This document shows positions 49,901 to 62,364 of a DNA stretch of 64,000 bases, in pieces. The number at the start of each line of letters is the position of its first letter. The first letter of the stretch is position 1. The position numbers and the translations under genes are program-made. The notes under the pieces are model-generated. The model did not search any database. It saw only the letters and a list, made by a program, of their open reading frames with translations, and was not told where the DNA came from. The stretch spans positions 16,616,001-16,680,000 of the forward strand of contig OZ231126.1 of assembly GCA_965153355.1 (NCBI GenBank), written 5' to 3'. Source of the stretch: Flaccisagitta enflata (taxonomy: Eukaryota).

Positions 49901-50489
49901 TCCGACAAGAACCATGAGTGATGATGAGTTGCCTTATTTTTCCCACGAGGAGGTCGAGTCTTGGTCTAGGCGCCGACGCTCTGAATGATTTTTCCGCGGA
50001 AACTGAGGAAGACGACGGAGACGATGATGCGGCTTCCATCGCCCTTCAAACGGCCGTCAACAATTTATCCCAGCTTAGCGCTTCGGTAATTCATCCTCCT
50101 TTATATCCTTATTAAGTTTTATAATCAATATTTATTTATTTGTATTCTTTTACTCAGTTCGAATTTCATGATAGTTTTCTCTCGTTGGTTATTGTTTACT
50201 CGCTTGACAGTCTGTGTTCTTGATACGACTGTGTGCACAATTTCATAATTATACCATGATCTCACTTCAGGGTGGTCACGTCGCTGGATTTGTCCCGTCG
50301 TCGACTTCCTCGTCCCCCTCAACTATGGTGCCTTCTTCATCCTCTTCCTTTTCCTCGCTGCCTTCCGCTTCTCCCGCCTCGATGCCTTCCTTCGCCGCTT
50401 CTTCCGGACCTCGAATCCTCGTCCGTCGGCCCGTCAACGTTTCCACTTTATCGTCGTTCTCGAGTTCCATTGTAGACGACGTCGATTGA
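37922..50489 (+). CDS. GABPA (Ets97D): GABP-alpha / Ets97D ETS transcription factor; exons 37922-38112, 38205-38326, 38440-38537, 38928-39020, 39110-39371, 39455-39618, 39744-39873, 40030-40348, 49273-49446, 49591-49713, ~49950-50085, 50271-50489
   Basis: OST domain ([15 protein letters not shown]...[21 protein letters not shown]), PNT domain (VTRWV...[13 protein letters not shown]...[10 protein letters not shown]), ETS domain ([16 protein letters not shown]...[63 protein letters not shown]). The last two exons are less certain (GAG acceptor). Confidence 0.92.
41509..43110 (+). mobile_element. Second copy of HINE-like family A
   Basis: Start and tandem array nearly identical to 35979-37610. 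Confidence 0.8.
43245..43553. repeat. 18-bp minisatellite (GAGTAGCCGGGTCAGACT)n, left part, ~17 units
   Basis: Clear periodicity; resumes at 47985-48124 beyond the LINE. Confidence 0.95.
43673..46720 (-). CDS. LINE ORF2: AP endonuclease + reverse transcriptase (true start probably near MMNAQ, ~46512)
   Basis: [34 protein letters not shown] (APE); [25 protein letters not shown] (RT); CR1-like C-terminus RRNFFTVR...WNALP. Confidence 0.95.
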   Translation of the reverse strand: MEECVCGTRHDPKGTGRGQENGGKAEEGGGRKDGGGKGRGKGGKVDDGGKERKEETGMEGGRGKESLKVVMMNAQSIVNKINELRALVSVMKPDLVALTETWTNDAIGDALLTLEEYEIVARSDRNDTEGGRGGGILVYAKKYVVAWQLDIDTTFNQAVLVKIKNGNENIGLSVVYRSPNSSRVNDEALCNWMAGLTGTNVLIGDFNYPDIDWENGTSGARSREFYETTADMFMEQLVTEPTHVSGHTLDLILSNREGLIREVKTEGRIGKSDHDIVTFEMAINEKNEKEKRVRPNYKRANFIEMRATLDKNDWRGLMRDMNVNEAWEVMRDKVKAVMQTHIPMKKPRKNNEPPWFNREIQKKIEEKRKAWRKWKGTGRSQEKEEYKKKVTELKKKIRNRKNEVERNIMKNRKTNPKLYYSHLNRAKVTKNKIGPLVHDDVVVVEPREQARILNEYYASVFTRTDGEVPEARQRGGGVEGGGGGGVLEEILVTENCVGEAIDGLKEDSAAGPDKIPPRVIKELKHQLITPITIIFQKSIKESRIPDDWRLANVTPIFKKGKKSEPGNYRPVSLTNVIGKMMERIVKKHLVNHIERNNLLSNSQHGFRTGRSVQTNLIEFFDVTTKWWDEGKSFDVLYLDFSKAFDKVCHARLVVKLQEFGVTGEVLEWLKDWLRGRKQRVRVEGEFSDWVDVISSVVQGSVLGGILFDLFIDDIDDETIQAFLRKFADDTKVAKLIESLKDAEEMQRMINRLAEWANRWGMAFNVKKCKVLHFGRKNPKQRYVMNGIEIMEANEEKDLGVWTEVTMKPTKQCAAAAKAANFALGQLQRAFHYRKKDFVIPLYKTFVRPKIECAAAAWCPWTEADVKTVEKVQERMIRSLSDVKGSSYEEKLQDVGLTTLRERRRRGDVIEVFKTMKGFNRVEKESWFTEVGEEARPTRSTVNITEEGEVRKEHVLKVERARLEVRRNFFTVRAAKLWNALPDGTKKVTSINSFKNSYDKWRKNTPEAAGGEENAE
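46519..47526 (-). CDS. LINE ORF1 (PHD finger, coiled coil, RRM-like region)
   Basis: C4HC3 pattern CGKC...[13 protein letters not shown]...[33 protein letters not shown]. Confidence 0.9.
   Translation of the reverse strand: MSKDKERTESAVFRDDEEDDDSDDNDEEPPMMDFPSGPARSSTRAKEKKVKNPCGKCMTECKSGTSIICGYCTFWFHAKCINGMTAEFIDTCDKMNKIGGGSAFLCTICRKIISLHNKYIQDVKNETKELRHLLQIAQLEIKNLTARIARQEDKSEQVTCKMGDMEKEMESGMEKAIQGAKEEIAAETKEKESRSANIVIYGIPESEKTTDGERKADDVAKTNDVVEALEVQATGAIEVKFRAGKKRTEADKPRPLIVKVEDEETRKQGWRNVYVAPDMTPKEREEDRKTVERLRKEADEKTAEARDEGKEGKWMMVGRKGRRKLAWKEEGARRA
47985..48124. repeat. 18-bp minisatellite, right part, ~7-8 units
   Basis: Same unit as 43245-43553. Confidence 0.95.
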
Positions 50490-53201
50490 TCGTGACGCAC
50501 TCAACGCCTTATTTAGGTTTATGCTGATTTGAATAGCTGATTATGTATAAAACTCAATTCCGCGAACTCTTCTGTATTGTTCATTAGCAGTGTTCAGCGT
50601 TTGTCTTATCTTTTCCATCAATCACCGGCCCATGTCTTAAGCAGTAAAAAGAAGATGAAAGAACAGTTTTGTGTTCAGTATGCGAGTGCCATTTGATGTT
50701 ATTATCAAAGCAGCGTGTGGATATTGCACAATTTTGTTTGTGGACCGGATGGGTGTTTACTGTCGTTGCGCGTTGATTCGATCCTGTTCTTGAGTGTCTT
50801 TCTTCTGATTGCTTACGTTGAGATGATGTAAATGTATATTTGTTCCTCATGATTCTTTTTGCGACAAACCTTTCCGTGCCTCAATCATATTGATCGTAAG
50901 CGCAAATTTATGTCGTTAGATGTTATCGGTATGTATACTATCGAGCGCCCATCATCCTTTGGAGTCTCTTTCAGTTGCTGGATGTCAACCTTCGCTGACT
51001 AATTTCTTATGAGGTAAAACTGTAAAAGTTACAGTACGACGGTGCCAAAGACGACCTAGACTTGAGAATAGATTCTAAGTATTTTTATTTGATTATATAT
51101 ATAAAAGATTTGAGATTTATATTAATTAAAAGTTGTTTTATTAAAGAAATATAGTTGCCACTCTTTGATTTTGATTTGTGACTTGACTTTAAAGTTTTAT
51201 TTTATCAGATCAGGTAAAAAAAAATTCTTATAAAAAAAAATAAAGTTGGATACACGGCTACCCTAGTCGCGTGCGGGTGGGCAGGAGCAGTGCTGGAGAG
51301 GGTCATTAGAGCATCTGGGCAGGAGCCGTATGCTCAAAAAGATCAGAAAGTAACTAGTCATCCAAGGATCGCACATGGTCAGCGGTACCCGATGCCCTGC
51401 TAGGAGTGATCAGCTGAAGAAGTATAGTGATAGCAGGGCAGCGGCCCCAAAGGACCGATGTCCTGTAGGACACAGGGGTGAATTTCCAGACGTCCTTAGA
51501 AGGCACATTAAAGGGCTGACATGCTTGATTTTGAGCCTGACAAGGCTGATTTAGGGTATTAGAGAGCTAATTTTGGAGCTGAAAGGGCTGATTTTGGGCC
51601 TGAGAGGACTGGTTTTGGGCCTGACAGAGCTGATTTTGGGCTTGAGAGGGCTGATTTTGGGCTTGAGAGGGCTGATTTGGGGCTAATTTGGAGCTAATTT
51701 TGGAGCTGAAAGAGCTGATTTTGAGTCTGAGAGGGCTGATTTTGAGTCTGAGAGGGCTGATTTTGGGCCTGAGAGGGCTGATTTTGGGCTTGAGAGGGCT
51801 GATTTTGGGCTTGAGAGGGCTGATTTTGGGCCTGAGAGGGCTAGTTTTGGGCTTGAGAGGGCTGATTTTGGGCTTGAGAGGGCTGATTTGGGGTCTGAGA
51901 GGGGCCTTGGGGGGGGGGGACGTACGTACGGACGTACGGACGTACGGACGTACGTACGGACATCTGGAAATTCACCCCTGTGTCCTACAGGACATCGGCC
52001 CTTTGGGGCCGCTGCCCAAAAAGGGGACCGACTGACCAACCGATCGACGAACTGACATAGTGGGGTGTAGAGGCATATAGCATGTTAATAAAAATCAAGT
52101 CAATTGTATTATTTTTATATATTTTTTGGAAAAGATAATTATGTAAATTGACATTGAATGAAATTTAAAATGGCCACAAATTTGTTTGGATAACTGATTT
52201 TTCTTTCCAAATTATGTGAAATTTTCTGCTCACCAACAGAAAAAGTAAAAACTTTATGTCCTGATAAAATCAAATTATTTAACTAAAATTTTTAACGAAA
52301 AAATATATTCATCAAGTAGAGAAATCTTTAATAGCATAGATCTTTAATTTTTCATAGATTGAATAAAATTAGAATATTTAAAATTCATCCTCCAATCTGT
52401 CATCTTCGCTCTAATCGTACTGTATCTGGAAAAGTTATCTCACAAGGCGATGTCTATGCTCGTCCTTCAATTGGGAAAGGATCCTCCCAGCGTGATTGGA
52501 AATTTCTCCATGCAAATCTCGAGTTTCGTCCCATTGTTCATTTTCTATTCATATCCAGCTCATCGCCTACATTTAGTTAGCAATATTTGGGCCAAGCTCG
52601 TTCTGCTTGTATGAATGGCTTTTATGAATTGTTGATAATGTACCTTATACGATCTCTTTTTTTCCCGCTTTGATTGGAGTTAAGATGAATATATCCATAC
52701 AGATGATGGGACAGTTGAGGTTTATTAGTAACTCAGAACGCACATGATTCCTTATGAACCATCCCAACAATCAAGGTTTACTGCCTAGGTTTGTAACTTG
52801 TTTCATGTCTTCGGTCCCCTGTTGAAGCCTGTCACCCCCCTTGCCTTCCACCACCCTCAAACATTAACCGAACTATCCTCCGTAGAACTAGTCCGCTCTC
52901 CTACTTAAGCCATACTGCCTAATTAGACATAGCATTCATTTCATGGTTAGATTTCGAATCTTTGGAAATTTTGGGAAGGTGTACAATTTCTAAGAAAATT
53001 ACGTGGTTGACAAAAATTGGCCTCTTTTATATTATCCGACGGAAGTTTTGTGAAATGTTGATCAAGTTTTCCTTTAAAAAGAAACTGTTGCGACTCTTTT
53101 GACCGTTTTGATCTTGGTTTTCATCCGTTTAGATTAAGTATTTACAACATCCGTGTCGTTAAGGAATCGTTTTTGGGGTCAGACTGTTGAACATTAGGAC
53201 A

Positions 53202-56200
53202 ATGAACTCTGTTAACATGATCTCGTTGACGTTGGTGGCGTTGATCTCGATGGCGACGACGTCGTTCGGTGGCGTGGCGTCCAATTCCTTCCTCACCGCC
53301 TCAGACCAGAGTAGACTAGTCGGAATATTCCAGGTAAAGTCACAAGTATTCTCAGTGGGGTATGATTGGGACAAGGTCGGACACTCGGCAAGATGCGGAG
53401 TCTATGATCGTGTGACGCGATGACGTAACCGTAACGTCGACCCCGCGCTACGTTTTGCTGTGGATAGACTAAGCGACCAACCGATATCGAGAGCGTAGGT
53501 CTCGCAAGTGAACAGATTGGTTATCAAAAAGCTTAGTTTTCGTTTTATTAACCCCTTGCTTTCCGACTCTATTGACCTCAGGGCGCTTTGTCCTCTGCGA
53601 CAGACGGCGCCACCCTTCACCACGGCGTCAAGGGCTTGCGAGCGTTGGGGGCTGATGTTGCCGATGCCGGTGCCGTATGTGGGAAACTAGCCGACAGCCT
53701 CGACGCCTCAAATCTCGAATCCGTGTACTATGTCGCCTCTGCGGGTAGGGATATTTGTCACTTCCGGTTTCATTATGTGTAACATGCGCTATCAATTCTT
53801 GGGATTTGGGAGTCTCATTTAACTAACACAACCTCAAATCCTTGACACACTATCACTCTCTTTTTCTCTCGTACTTAGGTTCTATTCTCGGCTGCCCTCC
53901 ATCGGTTGACGCCGGCATGATCACGGCTGCCATTTCGTCGCCTTCGTCCGTCACCGCGATGTTCCACGCCGTTGGCGCCGCTTCTGCGTTAGGTTTGGAA
54001 ATCGACGCCGCCACCGCGTTGGCTTCCCTATCAGCCTTGCTCAAGAAAGATGACGGCATTCTCGCCATGGGTTATTCATTTCACATCGCATCAGCAGTTG
54101 GAGGTCTGCATCTTCTGTCGATCATTGAATCATGTTTCTGATTGCTTCTTTTTACTGATACTTGTATTTATGCTGCTTTGTATTTGGCGCGCAGGCCGCT
54201 TGTAATAGTAATGGAATTGTATGGCAAGCTCAAATGGAATGGATCCTTGCAAACCACTCAAATTGGACCATACTATTCTACCAACCATAACCAAACATTC
54301 TATTTCTTACAGGCGCTCTTCAGCAATTCTACGATAACATCGAAGATGTGGTGGAGCAAGCGGACGAGGTCGATGGTCGTTTCCTGCAGTTCGAAGGCGG
54401 TCTTTACACATCCGCTGTGGTTGTGGATGGTGCGTTCAAGCTGGCGCAGGCCGCCGGCGCCGCCTCCGTCGCACCAGCGGACAAAGTCGTGCAGATGGCC
54501 AACTATTTTCTCAGTCGGAAAAACGTCCATCATATCAAAAGTGCCGCGTGGATGGTTTCGGTTATCAAAACGCTCAACACCAACGGGTAGGCTTCAATTC
54601 CAATACTAAAGGTTGTTTAGCTGGACGTCAGGTTGTCTGTTGGATGGTTGGCGTTTAGATACAGAGAAAATGATTTGGTTGATTTGAGTGTGGAAAATGG
54701 CCAACGAAAATATCGACTTGATCAATTGAACTTGAATCGGATTGCCGCCTTTTGTACTCTTTCACCACTTTTTAGTCGTGAACACGCGACTCTACACCTT
54801 GCCATGTCGGTTGGCCCGTCTGTCGGTCCCTCCATCCTTCACATTTTTGAATTGTGACCGTCCTCGACACTGGTGAAGTGTATCGAATCCTGCCTTGTTT
54901 AACTTCCCATTTTCTCGTTGATTTTTTAGCTTCCACCGTCCCGTGGTTGTGCGGCGATCCTCCCCCGTGTCCATTCCCACATCGGCGAAGAAAGTCGTTG
55001 TCAGTGTCTCGGATCTAATGGGCGGTGCGATCGGGGGACTGGATGTCGTCGCCGATTCTCTCACCAAGAAGGGAGACTCCGCTCCTGTTTTGCAAAAGGT
55101 TTGTCGCGTTTGGCCAGTGACTATCCTTGCTATTGATTAGGAGGAAGTTAGGCCTGCCTATGAAAACCCCGCTGATTGGAAGCATGTTGTCGTTTTTCTG
55201 ATGAGTTACGTACTAAGTCGGATGTCAATATGTGGAAGAATTTTTGATCGGTGTATTGACATAAAAGAGTGAAAAGATGTAGATTTTTAGCAGTTTTATT
55301 CTTTTCTCTGTTCTTTTAGTACAAGAAAAGACAGTTAATGATTTATGTATTACTGATGTCATAAATTACCCAGTTTTGCTGAAAATGAGACCCATAAATT
55401 CTACAGAGATTAGTTTTGTTTTTGTTTTATTATTTTTACGGAGAATGATTCTTTGCTAGTACAGTCGAGCCCCGCTCTAACGGACCCGCCACCAACAGAA
55501 TTCTGTTTATAACAGATGCAAATTTATAGTTGCTTTGAGTTAATTTCTTTAATTTCCTCTATTGGCAATAACAGAAGTCCGCCTAAATTTTAAAAAAAAT
55601 TATTGGTCCCCTGAAATCCGTTAGAGCGGGGTTCAACTGTATAAATGGATTTTATCCACTCGCGACCTCGATTCTCACGACAGGTTCCTCTGGTCGCTAT
55701 TTCCGAGGATGGATCTCTCTTTGAACTCGACTTCTCCGTCGCCGGTAAAGACGCTAATCGTGGATTCTATCTCCTCACCGTGTCCGCCACATTGGCCGTG
55801 AAGGCCAAACAGGAAGGCGAACAGGTGGATGCCGCCATCCCACTCATCGGTAACGTTGGCGCCCAAGTAGAGCTCACGGTAAGTTATATGTGTTTGGTAG
55901 GAGTTCATATTATTCGAGAATTACTTTGGTGTCTACGTATACTATCTGCTTGGTCATTACCATCTTTATTTCTTGCCTATTGTATTAGGTTATCACCGAA
56001 GTAAGCGTTGAGAATGTCGAGATTGGAATCGCGGATCGTGATCAGTCAGTCGCTCCCAAAACCACGCGAGTCCAATTCCCGAACAAAGTGAGTGAACCGA
56101 GTGATTTTCTGGTGTTGTGACGCGGACAGCTTGTATTTCAACTGGCAACAAACAACTGTTTCATGAGTAAATCGAATTAAACAGTAATCTTTTTAGTCGC

Positions 56201-57181
56201 GGACTCGCGACTCTAGAACTCGCCGTGTCGGTCGGTCGGTCGGTCGGTCGGTCGGTCGGTCGGTCGGTCCGTAACAAAAACAAAATGCGAGCGTTTCTTC
56301 GCTATTCTGCTCCTGCCCACCCGTCCGCGACTTAGGGGGAGTGTATACGGCCTTGTTCCTTTTTGCAGGTGCCAACTATGTTGGAAGTGGATTCTCATCA
56401 AAAGGTCATCATGAAGTTCTCTTTGAAAGATGTGAACGACGCCAGTTCCTCATCCATTCAAGTTCATCAGGTAAGCAACCAACTAGGATTCTTAAACTTA
56501 GGCTTCTCACTCGATACTCGTAAGAATTTGGCTTTCAGATTGTGAACGTTTTAGGTTCAGACAGTGTCTGAATCAGACACACAACTCTACAAAAGGCTCT
56601 TTCCGTCCATCCATCGGTTCATGGGTCTGTTGGTTCATCGGTCCGTGGTCAGAAAAACGAGCTTCATAGATACTTGTTATGTACGACATTGTACGTTTGT
56701 GTGTGGTGGTTTGGATTGGGATGTGGATGGGGGTTGATGCCCCTGCCCACCCGTCTGTAACGATATTGTGACCCCGCGTCACTTGCTTAATCAACCCTTG
56801 TGTGCTTTCTGCTGATTTAAGGCGTTTGTGCGACTGTCTTCTGGTGGGCGTGACGTCTTTTTCGTCGCCGATGTTGAGCCAGGCACGGGTCTCTACAAGT
56901 TTGATATGGATGTCGGAGCTTCGGCAAAGGACTTCTCTAGTCAATCAGGTGGGTTCAAATTGATCCCCTTTGAATCTGGTGGCGTATGCCTAGAATTGTA
57001 TTTTCGGAGATGTCTCTGCACTTTTCAAGCCTACTGGCTACCCCTTTAACTCTCAGGAAAATATTCCATGTATTTGGTGGTCGGCGATGCGCTCATTGCC
57101 AATCCCATCGCGTGGGAATTGGTGGACATGCAACTTACCTTTCAAGGAGAGCCCACCCCACTCGCGTCCCATCAAAAACAG
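53202..57181 (+). CDS. RPN2: Ribophorin II (oligosaccharyltransferase subunit), partial; exons 53202-53333, 53582-53744, 53879-54103, 54313-54586, 54930-55098, 55684-55878, 55989-56087, 56369-56470, 56822-56948, 57057-57181
   Basis: Signal peptide; IEDVVEQADEVDGRFLQFEGGL; DRDQSVAPKTTRVQFP; DSHQK; VHQAFVRL; VFFVADVE..LYKFDMD; YLVVGDALIANPIAW; splice phases compatible; the C-terminal TM exons were not found in the window. Confidence 0.92.
55462..55639. mobile_element. Tc1/mariner-type MITE
   Basis: TIR CAGTCGAGCCCCGCTCTAACGGA / TCCGTTAGAGCGGGGTTCAACTG with TA on both sides. Confidence 0.85.
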
Positions 57182-58147
57182 GTGCTTGGTCCTCCCTGAT
57201 TTCCTTGATGTAGCGTTCAAGATTTTCCTCTGACGTTTACTCAGTCCGACCATCTTTTCTCATTCTTTATTTCTGTCTTTCAATCCGTCCTCCGTTCAAT
57301 TCTGGCTGTCTTTTTGACATTTACTCTTCCTCTCATGCTGCCTTTCAACCCAATTTTCAGTCTGCCTGTTTCTATCCCTCATTAGTCACGTCTCATACTC
57401 CCTCTCATTCTGCCTCTCATTCTACTTCTTATTCTGCCTCTTTACATCTCATTCTACCTCTCTACATCTCATTCTACCTCTTATTCGCCTTCTCATACTG
57501 CCTCTCATTTTGCCTCTCTACATCTTATTCTACCTCTTCATTCTATCCCTCATTCTGCTTCTTATTCTGCTTCTCATACTGCCTCTGATTCTGCCTCTGA
57601 TTCTGCCTCTGATTCTGCCTCTGATTCTGCCTCTCATTCTATTTCATTCCACTTTTCATTCTACCTTTCATTCCGCTTTTCATTCTACCTTTCATGCCAC
57701 TTTTCATTCTACCTTACATTCCACTTTTCTCTCAACCTCATTCTGCCTCTTATTCTACCTCAGCTTACCTCTCATTCTTCTACTCATTGTTCGATCTTCC
57801 TAGTATTTTTCCTAAAATTATTACACTTTTCTTTCTCTCTTTTATTAGGATTCCTATCATTCTGCCTTTCATTCTTCCTCGCTCTTTTCTCCTTTTCTCC
57901 TTTTCTCCTTTTCTCCTTTTCTCCTTTTCTCCTTTTCTCCTTTTCTCCTTTTCTCCTTTTCTCCTTTCCTCCTTTTCTTTTCTGGGGTTTATGATCCTTT
58001 TCATCTCACGGCGTCCAGTAACAAACCCTAGGTCCAAAAAAATGGTCAAGCCTCCTGACCAGGGGAAATGTTTTTTTTGATGCATTAGCTACAAATTAAT
58101 GGTAAAAAAAAAAATCTGCTAAGAAATATAGAATTGATGGTTAAATG

Positions 58148-58607
58148 AACGGATTTTAAAAAATGGATAAGTTTTTTATGCTTTGACCGATTTGGTTAAT
58201 ATTTGGTGGGAAGTTGTACTAGGGTAAGGCGCTTTACATCCTTTCCGATTTTTGTGATCCGACCAACCCAACCAGCCCAACCAGCCTATCGGCCTAAAAG
58301 TGAAAAACGTGCATAACTTTGGCATTTTTCAACCAATTTGGTTGAAATTTGGTATGGAGTCTCTAAATGGAAGGACTCAACATATGTATGTGATTTATAT
58401 GCATTTGAGCATGCTAACTGGCCAAACCGACCTACCACCCAACCAGCCAACGGGCCTAAAAGTGAAAAACTTGCATAACTTTGTCATTTTTCAACTAATT
58501 TGGTTGAAACTTGGTATGGAGTCTCTAAATAGAAGAACTCAACATACGCACACTATTTATCCTGTCAAACCAGCCTACCACCCAACCAGCCTACCAGTTT
58601 AAAAGTG
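58148..58607 (+). mobile_element. Truncated third copy of HINE-like family A
   Basis: Matches 36063-36520; interrupted at 58608 by the reversed 3' end of another element. Confidence 0.8.
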
Positions 58608-58699
58608 AACAAGGCCAACACCTATAAGTCGCGTGCAGGACAATAATAACTGAACTGACCTGACTCCTTATTGTATCTTTTTATTGAAAATCAGACTTA

Positions 58700-60020
58700 A
58701 ACGCAACCCAAAACAGACCCAAACCAGACTCAAACCAGACACAAACTAGACTCAAACCAGACTCAAACCAGACTCAAACCAGAATTAAACCAGACCGAAA
58801 CCAGACATAAACCAGACATAAACCAGATTTAAGCCAGACTCAAACTAGACTCAAACCAGACTCAAACCCTACTCAAACCCTACTCAAACCCTACTCAAAC
58901 CAGACTCAAACCAGACTCAAACCAGACTCAAACCAGGATCAAACCAGACTCAAACCAGACTTAAACCAGACCGAAACCAGGCTCAAACCAGGCTCAAACC
59001 AGAATCAAAACAGACTCAAACCAGACTCAAACCAGACCAAAACCAGACCAAAACCAGACCAAAACCAGACCAAAACCAGACCAAAACCAGACCAAAACCA
59101 GACCTAAATCAGACCTAAATCAGACCTAAACCAAACATAAATCATACATAAACGTAAATCAAACATAAACCAGACAAAAAACAGACATAGACCAGACCTA
59201 AACCAGACCTAGACCAGACCTAACCCAGACCTAAACCAGACATAAATCAGACATGAACCAGTCTTAAACCAGACTTAAACCAGACTTAAACCAGACTTAA
59301 ACCAGACATAAACCAGACTTAAACCAGACTTAAACCAGACTTTAACCATACTTAAACCAGACTTAAACCAAACTTTAACCAGACTTAAACCTTTAGATTT
59401 AAACCAGCAGACTTAAACCAGCAGACTTAAACCAGCAGATTTAAACCAGCGGACAAAAATGACCAAAATGACAAAAAATGATCAAAAATGACCAAAAATG
59501 ACCAAAAATGACCAAAAATGACCAAAAATGACCAAAAATGACCAAAAATGACCAAAAATGACCAAAAATGACCAAAAATGACCAAAAATGACCAAATTGA
59601 CCAAATTGACCAAAAATGACCAAAAATGACCAAAAATAACAAAAATGAAAAAAATGACAAAAATGACAAAAATGACCAAATATAATTGAAAATGACCCAC
59701 CATGAATCCTCGGAACCGCCAGGACGATTTTTGGATAACAGTAAGTTTTTCTTCAGTTTGGTACTGTACCCATGTGCGGGAATCAAGATGCTTCCATTAA
59801 AAAATATTTCATCGGGCACTTTTTGAAAAAAAATCACTTTTTGTAAAAATGTGTTGCATATGCGAAATATGTTGCATATGCGAAATACACATGTTGCATA
59901 TGCGAAATACAGGTGTTGCATATGCGAAATATGTTGCATATGCGAAATACAGGTATTGCAAATGCGAAATATACTGCATTTTCAACATGTGTGACATATG
60001 CAACATACATATATTGCATT
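58700..60020. repeat. Series of satellites: 11-bp (AAACCAGACTY)n, 10-bp (ACCAAAAATG)n, 18-22-bp (TGTTGCATATGCGAAATA)n
   Basis: Visible periodicities downstream of a reversed HINE-like terminus at ~58608. Confidence 0.9.
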
Positions 60021-60344
60021 TGCTTATTAAAGCTATCTAAAGATCACACGCAACTAGCGTTAAGATCTAGGTAGTTATTTGTGACTATTTATCCATTTCA
60101 TGATGAGCATAGTGACAGACAAAGATGGTCAACTAAACATCATATTCAAAATATTGTGAGACCATATATGTTACACATGGTAAGAATGGTTGAAGTAAGG
60201 ACTTATCATCAGCTTTTCATCGATAAATACCGATGAATACTGATGAGACGTCCTTCTCGGTGAAGAAGTCAGTTTCTCAAAGAGAAAAGGTTCATCGATC
60301 GAGAGCTGATTCAAACCCTAACTCTTAATTCGTATGAATTTACT

Positions 60345-60560
60345 TTTCAGTCGCGTGCTACGCGACTCTACACCCCGCTTTGTCGGTCCGTCCGTCGGTC
60401 CGTCCGTCCGTCCGTCGGTCTGTCGGTCCGTCACACTTTACTTTTTCGGCGTTTCTGGGGTTTTTGGCTAAACCGTTCCTGCCCAAATGCTCCACTGACC
60501 ACAAATATGGCCCCTGCCCACCCGCACGCGACTGGGGTAGCCGTGTATCCGGCCTTGTTA
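60345..60560 (+). mobile_element. Short DINE/HINE-like element, representative of more than 15 dispersed copies (e.g. ~5147-5355, 7425-7575, 13455-13660, 14585-14950, 15020-15155, 56190-56357, 61675-61955)
   Basis: T-run, palindrome AGTCGCGTGCTACGCGACT, (GTCC)n, 3' CCTGCCCACCCGCACGCGACT..GCCGTGTATCCGGC hairpin, CTTGTT. Confidence 0.75.
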
Positions 60561-62364
60561 ATACATGTCTTCTTCATCTCTATCATTATACGACATTTAA
60601 ATATGATGGCTAAATGAAAGGGGTCTAATAAACAAACAAAACAAAAACAATTATATGTATGACCCATATTAGATTAGAATTTCTGCCAAGGATTCTTTTT
60701 CACGGACCGAGCTTTATCATCGGCGATATGGGTAGCGATGATCACCTTACTCTTAAGGGGTAAGGCCGGAGTGTCATCATCGGTGATTTTGGTTGCGCGA
60801 GGCCGGATACACGGCTACCCTAGTCGCGTGCTGGTGGGCAGGAGCAGTGCTGGAGAAGGTCACCAGGGCATCTGGGCAGGAGCAGTAGGCTTAAAAAGCT
60901 CGAAAACGCCGAAAAAGTAACTAGTCATCCAAGGATTGCACATGGTCAGCACCTGTGGAACATAGGGGGGAATTTCCAGACGTCCTTAGGGGCATATTTC
61001 AGGCCTTAGATGATTGATTTAGGCCACTGAATGCATATTTGAAGGCTGGAGGGCAGAATCAAGGCTTGGAGAGCAGATTTGAGATTTGAAGGGCAAATTG
61101 GAGCCACTGAGGCCTGATTTGCCGCTTGGAGGGCTAATTGAAGGTTTGGAGGGCAGATTTGATGTCTGGAGGCCAGATTAGAGGGGGGGGCTGATTTGAA
61201 GTCTGGTAGGCTGATTTGATGCCTGGAGGGTTAAGTTGAGGGCTGGGAGGGCATATTTGAAGCCTTGATGGTCAACGGGGGGGGGGGAATGAAAGGATGG
61301 AAGGACGGACGGAAGGATGGACGTCTGGTAATTCCCCCCTGTGTTCTACAGGACATCGGCCCTTTGGGGCCGCTGCCCAAAAAGGGAACCACCGACCGAC
61401 CAACGGATTGACCGACCGACCAAAGGACCGAGGTGTTGAGTCGCATAGCACGCGTCTAAAAATGTGTGTCAGAAACCCATGGTGGAACATATTGATCGAC
61501 ATATCTCACTTCGATTACCAATTTTGTCAAAGTGCCAAAATATCCAGTTGACTCTAATTCAGTCCCGATCTAGAATAGATTGAGTATAAAACAAAAAAAT
61601 TCTAAAAAAAATCACCGAAGTTGCACCATGAGTCCAATTTTTTCTTTATGAAAGTTGAAACAACATTGCCCTTAAACAAGGCCGGTTACACGGCCACCTG
61701 TTGCGGATGAGTGGGCAAGGGCGGAAATGCGCGTTTTCCCACTTTTCAACTTGAGCGTGACAGACCGACCAATGGACCGACGGACCGACGAACCAAGCCC
61801 CTTATAGAGTTGCGTGTCCGCAACTAAACAAGGCAGCACTGGTCGCGAACGGGTGGGCAGGAGGGAAAAACCTCGAAAAGTGACTGTTTCGGACAGACCG
61901 ACGGACCAACGGACCGACAAAGTGGCTTATAGAGTCGCGTGTCCACGACTAAAAAGGTGGCCAGACATACTAGTAAGCAGAGGCGCGTAATTTTTTCCAC
62001 ATCTCAACGTCCTTAACGAATTGAGCAAGAGACCCTGGATTGATCCTATGTTAGACAGGGAAAGCGAAGATTTTCATGGGTTTGAATCCTGCCTTTTCAG
62101 CTAGAAAAACGGGAAGCCGCTAAAGGCCGCTGCCTAAATGTTGCTGTTTGTTAATGATTTGTGTTCAGCAGCTTCATAGCTACATTGTATAAAAAAGTAC
62201 AAATCAAAACGCCATCAGATCTACTTCACTGACAAATATTTACATGTTGCGTCATACACTAACTCCACTATGAAAAACGGACTCGAAAGTTTCACTTTCC
62301 CTCGCTACCTATGTTGAATATTTTACACACATTGTTTCAATGGTAACAATCTGGGGTCTGTAGC